Positions 8,945 through 19,678 of a stretch of 25,034 bases of DNA are shown here, in pieces. Source of the stretch: Coleofasciculus chthonoplastes F2-STO-03 (lineage in GTDB: Bacteria; Cyanobacteriota; Cyanobacteriia; Cyanobacteriales; Coleofasciculaceae); the NCBI GenBank assembly GCA_040222015.1, contig JAVJWO010000101.1:1-25034 (forward strand), given 5' to 3'. A program made the position numbers and the translations under genes. Under the pieces are notes generated by a model. That model was not told the DNA's origin. It did not search any database and saw nothing but the letters and a program-made list of their open reading frames with translations. Every line of letters starts with the position of its first letter. Position 1 is the stretch's first letter.

Positions 8945-9946
8945 ATGTCTGAAAAAACGAACCGACGTACATTTCTCCTAACCGGTATGGCGGTAGCGGG
9001 GGGAATTGTGGGGAGTGCGGCGTTGAAACAAAATAAACCCTCAGCTTCTCAACAGCAATCAGGGTCAACCCTCGCCATGTCACTCTCTGGAACCACCACA
9101 ATGCCAGAACGGATGTTAGGAGATACAGGGGTTTCTGTGCCTATTTTAGGCTTAGGAGGGGCGGGGAAGACACCCCTATCCAAACCGAATAAGGAAGCGG
9201 AGGCGTTGGCGATTATTCAACGGGCGTTAGAATTGGGGATTCGTTACTTTGATACAGCGGCGAGTTATGGACCGAGTGAAGAGTATCTGGGTAAAATCTT
9301 ACCAAACTACCGACAGCAGGTCTTTCTCGCCAGTAAAAGCGCCGCCCGCGATCGCGATGGGGCATGGCGGGAGTTAGAGCGATCGCTCAAACGCTTGAAT
9401 ACGGATTATTTGGACTTGTGGCAATTGCATCACGTTTCCTTTCACGAAGAACTCGATACAATTTTCAGTGCAACCGGGGCTGCTAAAGCCATAGAAGAAG
9501 CCAAAGCCCAAAACTTGATTAAATACTGTGGGATTACCGGACACCACGAACCCGATGTCATCGCGGCTGGATTGCAGCGTTATCCTTTTGATACTACCCT
9601 AGTTTGTATTAATGCGGCGGATAAACATCATCCCCGTCCCTTTATTCCCACAGTTTTACCCGTTGCTCAAAAGCAAAAGGTGGGGGTGATTGCCATGAAA
9701 GTCCCAGCCTATGGGCGGTTGTTTAAATCGGGTGCTTTAGACGGAATGCACCAGGCGCTGGGATATACTCTTTCTCAATCAGGGGTTCACTGTGCCGTGA
9801 TTGCGGCGGAAGATGTGCCCCAGTTAGAGTCAAATGTGGAGGTAGCTAGCCGTTTTCAGCCCTTGGATGAGGTGGAATTAGCCGCAATTGAACAGCGCAC
9901 GGCGGCGAATTGGCAGACAAATACATTTTTTAGGGCGTGGACTTAA
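8945..9946 (+). CDS. Aldo/keto reductase with twin-arginine signal peptide
   Basis: MSEKTNRRTFLL Tat motif plus hydrophobic helix; GGAGG upstream of the ATG at 8945; GIRYFDTAASYG, ASK, SLKRLNTDYLDLWQLH (Asp/Tyr/Lys/His tetrad present). Confidence 0.92.
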   Translation: MSEKTNRRTFLLTGMAVAGGIVGSAALKQNKPSASQQQSGSTLAMSLSGTTTMPERMLGDTGVSVPILGLGGAGKTPLSKPNKEAEALAIIQRALELGIRYFDTAASYGPSEEYLGKILPNYRQQVFLASKSAARDRDGAWRELERSLKRLNTDYLDLWQLHHVSFHEELDTIFSATGAAKAIEEAKAQNLIKYCGITGHHEPDVIAAGLQRYPFDTTLVCINAADKHHPRPFIPTVLPVAQKQKVGVIAMKVPAYGRLFKSGALDGMHQALGYTLSQSGVHCAVIAAEDVPQLESNVEVASRFQPLDEVELAAIEQRTAANWQTNTFFRAWT

Positions 9947-10268
9947 GCCAACCGTCTTTTTCTTGTTGACGTAGCCACTCCGGATCATTCGCCTTTGTCG
10001 TATAGTTCCACATCAGTTCCCTATCCCGCCAAACATCAGCCGGGATGAGGATTTGTCCATTCTCTTCGCGATAGGGAACGCTATAGAAATCAAAGACTTG
10101 CTTGATATTTTCTCGGTGTTCTGAGTTGACAGCCGAATCGGAAACGACTAATTCCTCTTGTGAGCGAATAACTGGGCGATAGAGAACATACTGATTACTT
10201 GTACAAGCGACTGTCAAGGTTAACAATAAGACAAGGGAGAGCGACAAATTCAGAATCGTTTTTTGCAT
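9930..10268 (-). CDS. Hypothetical lipoprotein
   Basis: MQK, a hydrophobic stretch and an LTVA-C lipobox. ATG at 10268. 3' end overlaps the convergent AKR gene by 17 bp. Confidence 0.7.
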   Translation of the reverse strand: MQKTILNLSLSLVLLLTLTVACTSNQYVLYRPVIRSQEELVVSDSAVNSEHRENIKQVFDFYSVPYREENGQILIPADVWRDRELMWNYTTKANDPEWLRQQEKDGWLKSTP

Positions 10269-10329
10269 GATCAAGAACTATTTCAGGTAAATTCAGCACT
10301 AAGCTGTCATGCATTTAAATTGGGTATTA

Positions 10330-10354
10330 GTAGCGAGCAAGATGCTCGCACTAC
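10330..10354. repeat. REP-like palindrome
   Basis: GTAGCGAGCAAGATGCTCGCACTAC, a GTAG-headed hairpin in intergenic DNA. Confidence 0.7.
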
Positions 10355-10411
10355 AAGGATGAGAGCCAGTAGTACCCTCAAGTCCCTTGTCACCCCCTCA
10401 GCCCATACTAG

Positions 10412-10696
10412 CTATGCTTCAACTTTTACTCCTCTCCAAAAGGCAACATAGCCCTCAAATTTTTTCGCCTTCTCTTTTGCTTGAGGATAGTACCATGCTG
10501 CATCTTTATTCTGTTGCCCATCAATTTCGATGGTGTAGTAATTGGCTTGACCCTTCCAGGGACAGCTTGTATGGGTACTGCTTTCCTTAAAATACTCCTG
10601 GTTGATTGAGTCTGGAGGGAAATAATAGTTTCCTTCGACAATTTGACAGTTGTTGCTCTCGGCGAGAACCGTGTCGTTCCAGATAGCTTTAGGCAT
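10412..10696 (-). CDS. DUF427 domain protein
   Basis: KAIWNDTVLAES, VEGNYYFPPDS, TSCPWKGQANYY, DAAWYYP, YVAFWRGV. Confidence 0.93.
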   Translation of the reverse strand: MPKAIWNDTVLAESNNCQIVEGNYYFPPDSINQEYFKESSTHTSCPWKGQANYYTIEIDGQQNKDAAWYYPQAKEKAKKFEGYVAFWRGVKVEA

Positions 10697-10853
10697 TGTT
10701 ACGTTTCTTCATAAACTCTCCAATTCTCATTATGAGGTAAAGGTGCAGGGGAGTGGGGGACTCAGCCAAAAATTTCCGCCAGTTTTGCTAGTAAAAGCAA
10801 GCGATCGCGTTTTGCCCTCATCTACATTCCGATGCCAATCAGCCACTCACGTT

Positions 10854-11075
10854 TCAGTCTGACTCCTGTGCATCCTTAAAACTCGGTAGTTCATCTAAAG
10901 GACATTGCAAGACGCGACATAAAGCCTGTGTCTGACTAATGGTGAGTCGAGGTTCAAATCTTCCAGCTTCCCAGTTACTGACTGTCTGATCGGTGACGCC
11001 TATCGCATCAGCTACTTGTTTCTGAGTTAGTCCCAACCGTTTCCTTAGCTTCGTTAACTTAATCCCTGAACTCAT
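10854..11075 (-). CDS. XRE/HTH_3 transcriptional regulator (HTH only)
   Basis: LRKRLGLTQKQVADAIGVTDQTVSNWEAGRFEP; AGG upstream. Confidence 0.93.
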   Translation of the reverse strand: MSSGIKLTKLRKRLGLTQKQVADAIGVTDQTVSNWEAGRFEPRLTISQTQALCRVLQCPLDELPSFKDAQESD

Positions 11076-11101
11076 TGCCTCCTAGTTCCCTTAACTTTAA
11101 A

Positions 11102-11197
11102 TCTATTTATCTAAGTAGACAAAGCCCTAAATATATTTGTAATATAGGGTCAAGTCATGAGCCAGCGCACGAACTTTCCACGGGACGACGCTGGCTC
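11102..11197. promoter_or_regulatory. Divergent promoter region with operator-like palindromes and a leader hairpin
   Basis: TCTATTTA-TC-TAAGTAGA (11102-11119); CCCTAAAT...ATATAGGG (11125-11149); TAGACA-N18-TAATAT (11116-11145); hairpin GAGCCAGCG (11159-11167) / CGCTGGCTC (11189-11197). Confidence 0.5.
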
Positions 11198-11229
11198 TGG
11201 CTCCAATGACACATGGAGACAAGTCAATT

Positions 11230-11430
11230 ATGCCTTACAAAGAACGCCTTTATCCTTGGGTGCTGGTTCGCCTGCTACCCAATATGCAACGAATTACCGT
11301 AGCACAATACCGCAACCGTTCCGATGCTGATGGGCATCTTCGCATTCTTCGCCGTCTGATGCCAAATGCCCAATTTGTGGTGATGTTTAATCCGGGTTTA
11401 CCACCAGAGTACCAGCCGAACTCGCACTAG
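11230..11430 (+). CDS. Small basic hypothetical protein (66 aa)
   Basis: GGAG upstream of the ATG at 11230. YKERLYPW..VRLLPNMQRITVA.YRNRSDADGHL..LRRL.P resembles an unannotated cyanobacterial family (from memory). Confidence 0.75.
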   Translation: MPYKERLYPWVLVRLLPNMQRITVAQYRNRSDADGHLRILRRLMPNAQFVVMFNPGLPPEYQPNSH

Positions 11431-11483
11431 ACCACCGATTTAAGGGCGTTAGAGATAACAAACCCACCTTCACTCTTATCGAT

Positions 11484-11547
11484 GTGAGGGCGGGTTTGAT
11501 GAAGCTTTATCGCTGCTACAAACGTTATTCCCTGAACCCGTCTCTAC
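11484..11547 (+). repeat. Degenerate REP-like doublet
   Basis: GTGAGGGCGGGTTT...GAACCCGTCTCTAC, a variant of the GTAGGGGCGGGTTT family. Confidence 0.55.
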
Positions 11548-11567
11548 ACAGATACACTGAAAATCCC

Positions 11568-11960
11568 ATGTCTGCCTTATTTCGCCGCATCCAACCCGCT
11601 AAAAAATTCCGCATCACCAAGCACCAAATCGCAAAATTTCTGAGAATTCCTAAATCCATGATTGTTAACGTCGAATGCTGGTGTTATGTTATTTTTGTCC
11701 ATCGTAAAAACCAAGGTGGACAATTTATCAGCTACCGTCAAATGGAACAATGGAAGAATGCGATCGCCTTTCATCTACAGCAATGTTCCACCAAAGACCA
11801 GCTACAACACTTATGGAGTGCGATCGCCTTTGATCAAGCCAAGCACTGGAAACAATACCCAGCTTATGTTCTGCCCTTCCTACAAAGGATAACACGGGAC
11901 TTATTTTTACCAAGGATTCCCCACCATGGTGAAAGATGCCCAATAATACGGATGGGTTAA
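11568..11960 (+). CDS. Hypothetical protein (130 aa)
   Basis: ATG at 11568 ([17 protein letters not shown]...[12 protein letters not shown]...GGQFISYR). The longer ORF-track start runs through a REP element. The last 54 bp overlap the convergent CHAT gene. Confidence 0.7.
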   Translation: MSALFRRIQPAKKFRITKHQIAKFLRIPKSMIVNVECWCYVIFVHRKNQGGQFISYRQMEQWKNAIAFHLQQCSTKDQLQHLWSAIAFDQAKHWKQYPAYVLPFLQRITRDLFLPRIPHHGERCPIIRMG

Positions 11961-14900
11961 ATCTTGTGATTGGGGCAGTTCAGAGGGTAACAAAATCGTT
12001 CCCGCAGACGTAATCAGTTGACCATTTTCCAGTTTAATTTTCCCCTTAAGCATATCGATTTGCACCTGTCGTAAGGCTTCAGCTTTAATTGGAGCGGTTT
12101 TTAACTGATCATAAAATTGGGTCATTAGTGCCAATGTACCTTCATCACTGACATACCACAAACTGGCTAAAGTTGATTTGACTCCTGCTTGCACCGCTAA
12201 TCCGGCAAAGCCTAATTCGGCGTTTTCATCCCCTAATGCAGTACGACAAGCACTGAGTACCAGTAATTCTACCGGGGGATTATTCCACCCCAATTCTGGT
12301 AATTGATCCAGGCGTAGCTTACTATTCCATAACTGGATATAGGAATTGCTGATCGCACCGGGACGAAAATCGGCATGGGTGGCGAGGTGAATAATGCCAA
12401 AGGGTTGTTTTTTCCGTTGGGCTTTCAGATTATCTAGAGTAAAGCCTTCATTTAGGAAAAATTGACCTTGCCATAGTTTCTGGGTAATCGCTTCTAATTC
12501 CACAGGAACGGCGGGTAAAGGCTTTTGATCACTAAATTGTGCTGCCCCCATTGCCAAGACTTTGCTATCTTGCACACTTTGGAAGCGAGTATCAGTAAGG
12601 CTTAAACTGGGCATCATTCCGACACTATAATTCTCGATCAAGAATTGTTGTTCATTGTATAGGGCGGCGACAGGAATGGAACGTAAACCCCTATCCATCA
12701 CAAACACCAAGTTTTGAATCCCTTGGGCTTGTAAGTCCGCTTCTAATGGCGTAATTAACCAGTCGTAGAGTTGTTTTCCTGGGGCTAAGTAACCCGTAGT
12801 ATCTCGGACATTGGTTACAGTTTGTTGAAACTGCTGCGCCACTTGTAAAACTTCAGCGCGGGTGATGGGGATGGATTTATGAATCGGTTCTCCCTGGGCG
12901 GTAACTAAGACGAGATCCAGTTGATCATTGTCTTCGGGAGTAGCTGATTCAGAAGAGATGCTACTGGGAACAAACATGACATAAATTAACGCAGGTTTGA
13001 CCCCTGTTTCTTGGGCAATATCCTGCAAGAGTTGACGCGCCTGAGTTAAGGTGAGAATTTGAGTCCCTGATCTACCCAGATAGGATTCAAATTCTTGGGT
13101 ATACGCCGCATCAATTGTGCCAAATACGGTGTCAATGGTTACAGATGGCACGTTGGTTTCTACCTGAGATTGTGAAGGCGACTCTTTTTGCAGAATTAGC
13201 GGATTTTCGGCGGAAGATTCAGTGGGGGTTTCGGGTGTAATCAGTTGAATCTGACTCGGTGCGATTCCCTGAGTATAGGGATTGGGATAGGAACCCTCGG
13301 TAATTTGATTATCGCTTCCGGTTGCGATCGCGCCCCTTGTACCATTAACATCGTTGTAGTCTTGCCCAACGGTGAAGGGAATACGCAATTTCCCTCCTTG
13401 ATGGCGGATAATCACTGATCCACCACTATTCCCGCCTGCGGTGGAGATACTGGTGGTTTTACCCGTGCGATCGCGAAATGTATCAGTGGCTCGGAAAAAC
13501 CGTTCTGTGGTAATATCTACGTTACCACCTCTGCCATTGCTGCCACCTTGAGCATTAATCGAATCCACTTCGATATCGTTTTCTGGATCTAAGGTGACAT
13601 TCCCCCCATCGCCCTGAGTTGCACTGGAATTGATGACACCCGCTTGAATCCCAGTTTTGGCTTGTACTGTAATATCTCCGCCTTGATTTACTCCCGATGT
13701 ATTCAGATTTCGGGTAGTAATAGCATCTTGATTACTGGTGAGAGAGATTCCTGCATTGGCGGTAATATCGTTTACGTTAATCCCTTGATTCGCCAGTAGG
13801 TTGACTGTAGCATTATCGAATCCGGTAATTGTACCTGTGGCGGTGATCTTACCTGAACCTGTTGGTGATAATATGGATACCGGATCGCTAACGGTGAGAT
13901 TGCCATTGAGTGCGATCGCGCCACTGCCATTATCTCTTCCAATCCTGAGACTCTGGAACCCCTCTTCAAACACGCCTCCGGTGAGTGTAAACTTTTGAGT
14001 GGGATTAAGCGGTTGCAAAACCAGATTAGTATTTGAGCCCGTTACCGTTGCACCCAAGGTAATGTCTGATGCGGTTAGGGATAAATCCGATAAGACAGCG
14101 AGGGTATCTTGGATGCTTAAACGACTCGCGGTAACATTTCGGTTAAATTGGGTGGTTCCCCCGGCGTCAGTGGTGAGACTATTTAATGGTGTGACACTAC
14201 CCACAGCACCAGAGAATGTCGTGGTTCCGCTACTGAAGAGACGTAAAGCGCGATCGCCCTCTACACTGCCACTAAAATTGATATTACCACTCGCCGTATT
14301 CAGGTCAACATCAGCGCCTAAATTAACCTTATCTCCTAAGAACCTGATATCACTACCTGTAGTTGTGATATTAGAATTAAGCGTTGTCGTGGCAGCATTT
14401 AAGGTAATAGCCCCATTATCTGTACCTGTCAGGATACCATTGAGAACAATTTCTGTGGCGGTTAGGGATAAATTGGATAGCACATCTACCCGATCTTTTA
14501 AATTCAAGCGATTTGCCGTAACATTCCCCTGAAATTGAGTTATTCCGCCAGCATCTGTGGTGAGACTATTTAGGCGGGTAGAACCGCCAACCGCCCCCTC
14601 GAAAGTCGTTGTCCCCGAACTCGATACTGTCAAATCATGATTGCCATCAACCGTACCTTGAAAGCGAATCGGATTACTACCACTGTTGAGTGTAACATCA
14701 TTACCTAGTTCAACGCTGTCTGTATTAAACGCTATACCACCGCCTTCAGTCGTGACATTGGCATTTAAGTTAGTGGTTGTACTATTGAGTGTAATTGAAG
14801 CATCATCTTCACCACGAATATTGCCATTAATCGCGATTACATCAGGAGACAGAATCGTCACTGGATCACTGAACGTGAAACTGTCGTTAATAATAACCGT

Positions 14901-17900
14901 CCCATTTGCACCCGTACCATCAATAATCAGTTCCTTAAAACCATCTTGAAAAACGCCTTCTATCAGTTCAAATACTTGACTGGGATTAAGTGACTGAAGG
15001 GTCAGCGTCTTATCATTTCCTTCAACAGTTGAGCCAAAGTTCATTACCGTTGCCGTTAGTGATAAGTCTGACTCTATGATTACTTTATCTTGCAACTCTA
15101 GTTTATTGGCTGTGACATCACTATTAATAATAGTTGTTCCACCTATATCAGTTTTTAGAATATCCAAGGCGTTAGGGCTACCAACACTATCATTAAAAGT
15201 TGTTGTGCCAGGGTTCAACACCGTTAAACTATGGCTTCCTGCAACTGAATCGACGATGCCATTAAAGATGATATTGGCATTAATTGCGCTAGCGCTAGTA
15301 CGGAGAATGAGATCAGCCTTTAACTCAACACTTGAGCCAAAATTCATCACAGGGATAGTGAGTACAGGATCAGGTAGGGTTGACGTTAATGTTGAGTCCG
15401 ATTGCACTTCCACTATGTTGCTGAACTCGATCTTCCTTGCCGTAATATCATGATTGATAATCGTTCTGCCTTGGTTATCAGTACTGAGAATATTCAATGG
15501 ATTATTACCACCGACAGTTCCGTTAAAACTCGCTGTCCCCAACCCCGTATTTAAACTTAAACTTTGATTTCCATCATTTTGACCATCAACTGTGCCATTA
15601 AATGTAATATCTGCACCATTAGTATTGAAGCTAACATCGCTTTCCATCCGCAATCTGCCATCTAGAGTAATGCTCTGGTTTTGGGTGGTGACATTACCAC
15701 TGAGAAGGATATCTTCAGTAGCACTTAACGGAGCATCTTTGGTTAATTCAATGCTCTCACTCCTGAGAGTAATAGTCTCACCCCTTACTGTAAAAAATTT
15801 ATCCGGATCTGGATTTGGATCTGATGGTCTAGACCCCCCCAATTTAATCTTAGTTGCTGCTTCGAGAAAGATATCACCGCTACTACCAGGATTACAGAAA
15901 ATAGAGCCTACTCTAATACAAGAGCCGATCCCTCCATTGTTTTCTGCTGTCGTATCAATTGTGCCACCACTGATTATTGTAATATTGCCACTATCAACCG
16001 AACCTCTTGTCTGAATATCATCGCCAATAACATCACCGCCTGCTTCAATCGAGATGTCACCACCCGTGCCACTTAGCCCTTGTGATATCACATCAAGAAA
16101 GCTAATAGTACCACCTGCCTTTAGAGTGATATCACCACCCGTACCATTGTCAGCGATTGAGCGGAAATTGGCTTTTTGATTATCATTTAATATAATATCG
16201 CCAACAGCATTGGCGATAATATTACCACCATTACCGACATCACTATCTGCTTCAACGGTGAATCCGTCAATATTACCACGAGAATCTATAAAGATTGAAC
16301 CACCATTTCCTGTTTCACTCTTAGTAATAAGCCTTCTGAATCGAATATTACCACCTGTTAACGATGAGTTGGGTCTATATTGGTTGGTTAATAATACGAC
16401 TCCATCGGGTTCCTCAATTGTAATATTGCTGATATTAATAGTTGCATTGGTGACTGTTCCTGGAAAAGTGGGAGGTTGGTTACTACCTGTAAATTGATTA
16501 GTTGAGTCTATCGGTGAAGCGATAGTTGGCACTCCTCCTAAGAGTGACCAATTCACGCCTGCCCTTATGTCTAAGGTTGGTTGTTGATTTCCGTTAATTG
16601 TTACTGATTCACCATTTGACAAGGTGACCATGGCTAAATCACCTATTTCCGTAGTTGTATTAAACAGGGTATTATTATCAGGATTAATGGTATCTGCTAC
16701 TGTATCGGCACCTGTAATTTTAACATTTCCTAAACTTACCCGACCCCCAGCTAAAATATGCAGCGAAGCTCCTATATAATCTCCCAAGGTCACATTTCCT
16801 GTAGCAAAAATAATTGGATCATAAGGACTCTCTAAATCTCCGGCACTACCATCCAATTGTTCAATCCGGAAATCGCCACCCGCCAAGTAGTGAGCATCTC
16901 CGCCTATGGTATTACTAGAACGGAATATCATATCCCCACCAGAGAAGAAACCACTGGCGGCATGATTCAAGGCAAAGATATCAACGCCTTGGTTTCCCTG
17001 AACAATTAAATTATTTCCTGCTTGTGCAATAAATGGATTTGCCACAGTATCCCGCACCCGTACTGTATTCTGCGCCAATAGCTGCAAATCCCCAGTTGTG
17101 GTTAACTGACTCTCCACCAACGTCAGATTATTCGCTGCTGAAAGTAACGCCGTTCCTCCCGTTACCGTCTTGGCAACCACATCACCATTATCAATCGCAA
17201 TTCCTGAACCCGTAAGCGCAACTTCACCCTGATCATTCACCGACAAACCCGTAGCGTTACTAACATTTCCTCCCGTTAACAGTTGTGGAAGAGAAAGAGG
17301 CGTAAACGGAACTGCCGTCGCCGCCACAGGAACCTCTAAACTCAACAAATTTCCCGCTTGGCTAATCCGCACCCATTGATTACCAGGAACCGTGGTTACA
17401 GTAATTTGACCCTCTGGGGCGACTAATTCCCCCGTACTCAAAACTGTACCGCCAATTAAACTCAGATTCTGTCCCGAATTGACTTCGAGTGTGCCTGTAT
17501 TAACAATCGAACCGGGTTCAGGGGTGTTAAAAACAAAGCCGTTAGGCGTTCCCACCAGAGAAGTATAATCATTCATCCCAGTGGCATTAAACAGGTTATC
17601 GCCAAAACTAATCCCGGTAGCGGTTGTAGCGGTAAAGGCGGCGGGAACGTTTAATTGAGCCTCATTGCCAAAGATAATACCAGCCGGATTCATCAAAAAT
17701 AGATTGGATGTCCCGCCACTGATTTGAATTAACCCATTAATAATCGATGGATCACCACCAGTAATTCGTGAGAGAATATTCTGTATGGATGGATTGGATA
17801 AAAAATTGGCAATTTGTCCAGAATCTAAGCCAAACTCACTAAAACTGTGGAAGAGATTCGCGCCATCTCCTGATAACTTCCCTCCCTCAATATCGAAGCG

Positions 17901-18038
17901 GTTATTCTCTTGATTCACCGTCGTATCGGTACTGTCATCGGAAACAATCGGTTGGGTTAACCCCGATGACATGAACCCCAGTGTGGTTAGGCATAAGGTT
18001 AGGGTTGACAGTAGTTTCAGGTAGATGGGGGCTGACAT
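11907..18038 (-). CDS. Filamentous haemagglutinin (TPS secretion domain) exoprotein with beta-helical repeats and C-terminal CHAT (caspase-like) domain
   Basis: Signal peptide; NLFHSFSEF and [13 protein letters not shown] (haemagglutinin-activity domain); G/N/T-rich repeats; CHAT dyad IIHLATH and LVLSACRTA intact; ends [23 protein letters not shown]. Confidence 0.93.
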   Translation of the reverse strand: MSAPIYLKLLSTLTLCLTTLGFMSSGLTQPIVSDDSTDTTVNQENNRFDIEGGKLSGDGANLFHSFSEFGLDSGQIANFLSNPSIQNILSRITGGDPSIINGLIQISGGTSNLFLMNPAGIIFGNEAQLNVPAAFTATTATGISFGDNLFNATGMNDYTSLVGTPNGFVFNTPEPGSIVNTGTLEVNSGQNLSLIGGTVLSTGELVAPEGQITVTTVPGNQWVRISQAGNLLSLEVPVAATAVPFTPLSLPQLLTGGNVSNATGLSVNDQGEVALTGSGIAIDNGDVVAKTVTGGTALLSAANNLTLVESQLTTTGDLQLLAQNTVRVRDTVANPFIAQAGNNLIVQGNQGVDIFALNHAASGFFSGGDMIFRSSNTIGGDAHYLAGGDFRIEQLDGSAGDLESPYDPIIFATGNVTLGDYIGASLHILAGGRVSLGNVKITGADTVADTINPDNNTLFNTTTEIGDLAMVTLSNGESVTINGNQQPTLDIRAGVNWSLLGGVPTIASPIDSTNQFTGSNQPPTFPGTVTNATINISNITIEEPDGVVLLTNQYRPNSSLTGGNIRFRRLITKSETGNGGSIFIDSRGNIDGFTVEADSDVGNGGNIIANAVGDIILNDNQKANFRSIADNGTGGDITLKAGGTISFLDVISQGLSGTGGDISIEAGGDVIGDDIQTRGSVDSGNITIISGGTIDTTAENNGGIGSCIRVGSIFCNPGSSGDIFLEAATKIKLGGSRPSDPNPDPDKFFTVRGETITLRSESIELTKDAPLSATEDILLSGNVTTQNQSITLDGRLRMESDVSFNTNGADITFNGTVDGQNDGNQSLSLNTGLGTASFNGTVGGNNPLNILSTDNQGRTIINHDITARKIEFSNIVEVQSDSTLTSTLPDPVLTIPVMNFGSSVELKADLILRTSASAINANIIFNGIVDSVAGSHSLTVLNPGTTTFNDSVGSPNALDILKTDIGGTTIINSDVTANKLELQDKVIIESDLSLTATVMNFGSTVEGNDKTLTLQSLNPSQVFELIEGVFQDGFKELIIDGTGANGTVIINDSFTFSDPVTILSPDVIAINGNIRGEDDASITLNSTTTNLNANVTTEGGGIAFNTDSVELGNDVTLNSGSNPIRFQGTVDGNHDLTVSSSGTTTFEGAVGGSTRLNSLTTDAGGITQFQGNVTANRLNLKDRVDVLSNLSLTATEIVLNGILTGTDNGAITLNAATTTLNSNITTTGSDIRFLGDKVNLGADVDLNTASGNINFSGSVEGDRALRLFSSGTTTFSGAVGSVTPLNSLTTDAGGTTQFNRNVTASRLSIQDTLAVLSDLSLTASDITLGATVTGSNTNLVLQPLNPTQKFTLTGGVFEEGFQSLRIGRDNGSGAIALNGNLTVSDPVSILSPTGSGKITATGTITGFDNATVNLLANQGINVNDITANAGISLTSNQDAITTRNLNTSGVNQGGDITVQAKTGIQAGVINSSATQGDGGNVTLDPENDIEVDSINAQGGSNGRGGNVDITTERFFRATDTFRDRTGKTTSISTAGGNSGGSVIIRHQGGKLRIPFTVGQDYNDVNGTRGAIATGSDNQITEGSYPNPYTQGIAPSQIQLITPETPTESSAENPLILQKESPSQSQVETNVPSVTIDTVFGTIDAAYTQEFESYLGRSGTQILTLTQARQLLQDIAQETGVKPALIYVMFVPSSISSESATPEDNDQLDLVLVTAQGEPIHKSIPITRAEVLQVAQQFQQTVTNVRDTTGYLAPGKQLYDWLITPLEADLQAQGIQNLVFVMDRGLRSIPVAALYNEQQFLIENYSVGMMPSLSLTDTRFQSVQDSKVLAMGAAQFSDQKPLPAVPVELEAITQKLWQGQFFLNEGFTLDNLKAQRKKQPFGIIHLATHADFRPGAISNSYIQLWNSKLRLDQLPELGWNNPPVELLVLSACRTALGDENAELGFAGLAVQAGVKSTLASLWYVSDEGTLALMTQFYDQLKTAPIKAEALRQVQIDMLKGKIKLENGQLITSAGTILLPSELPQSQDLTHPYYWASFTMVGNPW

Positions 18039-18245
18039 AGACTTCTCCTGAGGGAGTTAATTCCTCTATAGTTTTCTAGGGTTGGATTTGCCAATGGTAG
18101 AACTGGTTTGGCTTAAATACACCCATCCTTTAGGAATCGACGCGAGGGAAAGGATGAGAGTTAAACTCGTTCCCTTACCCTGGTTTCGCGTTTAGTTAGT
18201 CTGGCAGGCACACCCTAGATTGTCAGGTTTCCCGAATGTCGAGAA

Positions 18246-19457
18246 TTAGTGGCAGAATTTTTCCACACAGCGAACAAATAGTTCTACTCCCATTGCTAAC
18301 ACAGTTTCATCAAAATCAAACCGGGGATGGTGATGGGGATAGGCTAAATCTTTGCTGGGGTTCGCTGATCCCAAAAAGAAATAGCAACCCGGTACAGCCT
18401 CTAGGAAAAATGACATATCTTCCCCGCCCATGGTTTGGCATTCGGGTATGATTCCTGTAGGAGTTTCGACGACTTCTTCAGCGACGGATCGCACCAATTC
18501 GGCTATCTGTGAGTTGTTGATTACAGGCGGATAAAGCGGCTGGTAGTCTAGTTCATACTGCGCCCCGTGACTCTGACATATCCCTGCAATCACTTGCTCG
18601 ATACGCTGGCTGAAATACCCTGCTAATTGCGGATTAAAATAGCGCACTGTGCCGCTCATTTTGGCGCTGTCAGCAATGACATTAAACGCTGTACCAGCTT
18701 GAAACATTCCCACCGTAACTACGGCTGATTCAATTGGGTCAACATTACGAGCAACAATGGTTTGCAAGGCGTTGACCACTTGAGTACCAATGACGATCGC
18801 GTCTCGGGTTTGATGTGGCATCGCCCCATGTCCCCCCTTGCCTAAAATTTTACACTGAAATCGCTCGCTTGCTGCCATTAAAGCACCATGACGAACGCCA
18901 ACAGTTCCCAGGGGCAAATTATTCCACAAATGTAGCCCAATAATAGCATCCACATCTGGATTGTTTAAGACGCCAGCCTCTATCATCGGTTTCGCGCCGC
19001 CGGGTCCTTCTTCAGCGGGTTGGAAGATGAATTTGATGGTTCCCGCAAAGTCTTGACGGTGTTGGGAAAGATAGAACGCCGTACCTAATGCGATCGCGGT
19101 ATGTCCATCATGACCGCAAGCGTGCATAATTCCATCATGTTGCGATCGGTAAGGGACATTGTTTTCTTCCTGAATCGGTAAGGCATCCATATCCGCCCGA
19201 ATCGCTAACACCGGACCTTGGCGATCGCCCTCGATTGTAGCAACGATCCCAGTTTTGGCAATCCCCGTTTGATGCTCAATTCCCCACTCCTGTAACTTTT
19301 GGGAAACAAAAGTAGAGGTTAGGTGTTCCGTAAACCCTAATTCCGGGCGTTGGTGAAAGCACCGCCGCCACTCAACTAGCTGAGATTGCAAGGCGCGAAT
19401 CTCACCTCGGATCTCAGAACCGTTAACGGTAGGGGGGGTAGAATGGGTAACAACCAT
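18246..19457 (-). CDS. M20D-family amidohydrolase (N-acyl-L-amino acid amidohydrolase-like)
   Basis: HQRPELGF.E, AIRADMDALPI, MHACGHDGH, IFQPAEEG, GGEDM, HHHPRFDFDE. Confidence 0.95.
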   Translation of the reverse strand: MVVTHSTPPTVNGSEIRGEIRALQSQLVEWRRCFHQRPELGFTEHLTSTFVSQKLQEWGIEHQTGIAKTGIVATIEGDRQGPVLAIRADMDALPIQEENNVPYRSQHDGIMHACGHDGHTAIALGTAFYLSQHRQDFAGTIKFIFQPAEEGPGGAKPMIEAGVLNNPDVDAIIGLHLWNNLPLGTVGVRHGALMAASERFQCKILGKGGHGAMPHQTRDAIVIGTQVVNALQTIVARNVDPIESAVVTVGMFQAGTAFNVIADSAKMSGTVRYFNPQLAGYFSQRIEQVIAGICQSHGAQYELDYQPLYPPVINNSQIAELVRSVAEEVVETPTGIIPECQTMGGEDMSFFLEAVPGCYFFLGSANPSKDLAYPHHHPRFDFDETVLAMGVELFVRCVEKFCH

Positions 19458-19678
19458 AATTCCTTAACAACTCGTAATACTATACTTAGAACAAAAAGAT
19501 GCCTCCGGAGCAAATCTGGAAGTATCTTCCTTCAATAGTAAATCCGACTTAACGACTACCTTTTTAGTGGAGACAAGAACCTTCGGAAAAAAGAGCCATA
19601 CTTTAAATTATACTCATTCTTACTTTGCTGTTGATAGGCATTATCCTCTAACCCATAAATAAACTTGCTACTGGATTA

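Noticed and set aside
8547..9101. ORFs 8547-8843, 8733-8981 and 8850-9101
   Set aside because: They read through REP and heptamer repeats or lie antisense to real genes.
11751..11836. Internal repeat (WKNAIAFH / WSAIAFD) 60 bp apart
   Set aside because: Mostly explained by two HIP1 octamers in the same frame.
13801..16497. Several + strand ORFs of 65-177 aa
   Set aside because: Antisense shadows of the repetitive haemagglutinin frame, with no motifs.
18040..18245. Possible riboswitch upstream of the exoprotein (CATCCTTT/AAAGGATG stem at 18124-18156)
   Set aside because: I could not match c-di-GMP, c-di-AMP or other aptamer consensus elements by eye. An Rfam scan would settle it.
19497..19526. 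Candidate terminator between the DGC and the amidohydrolase
   Set aside because: The stem depends on G-U pairs on the + strand and is weak on the transcribed minus strand.
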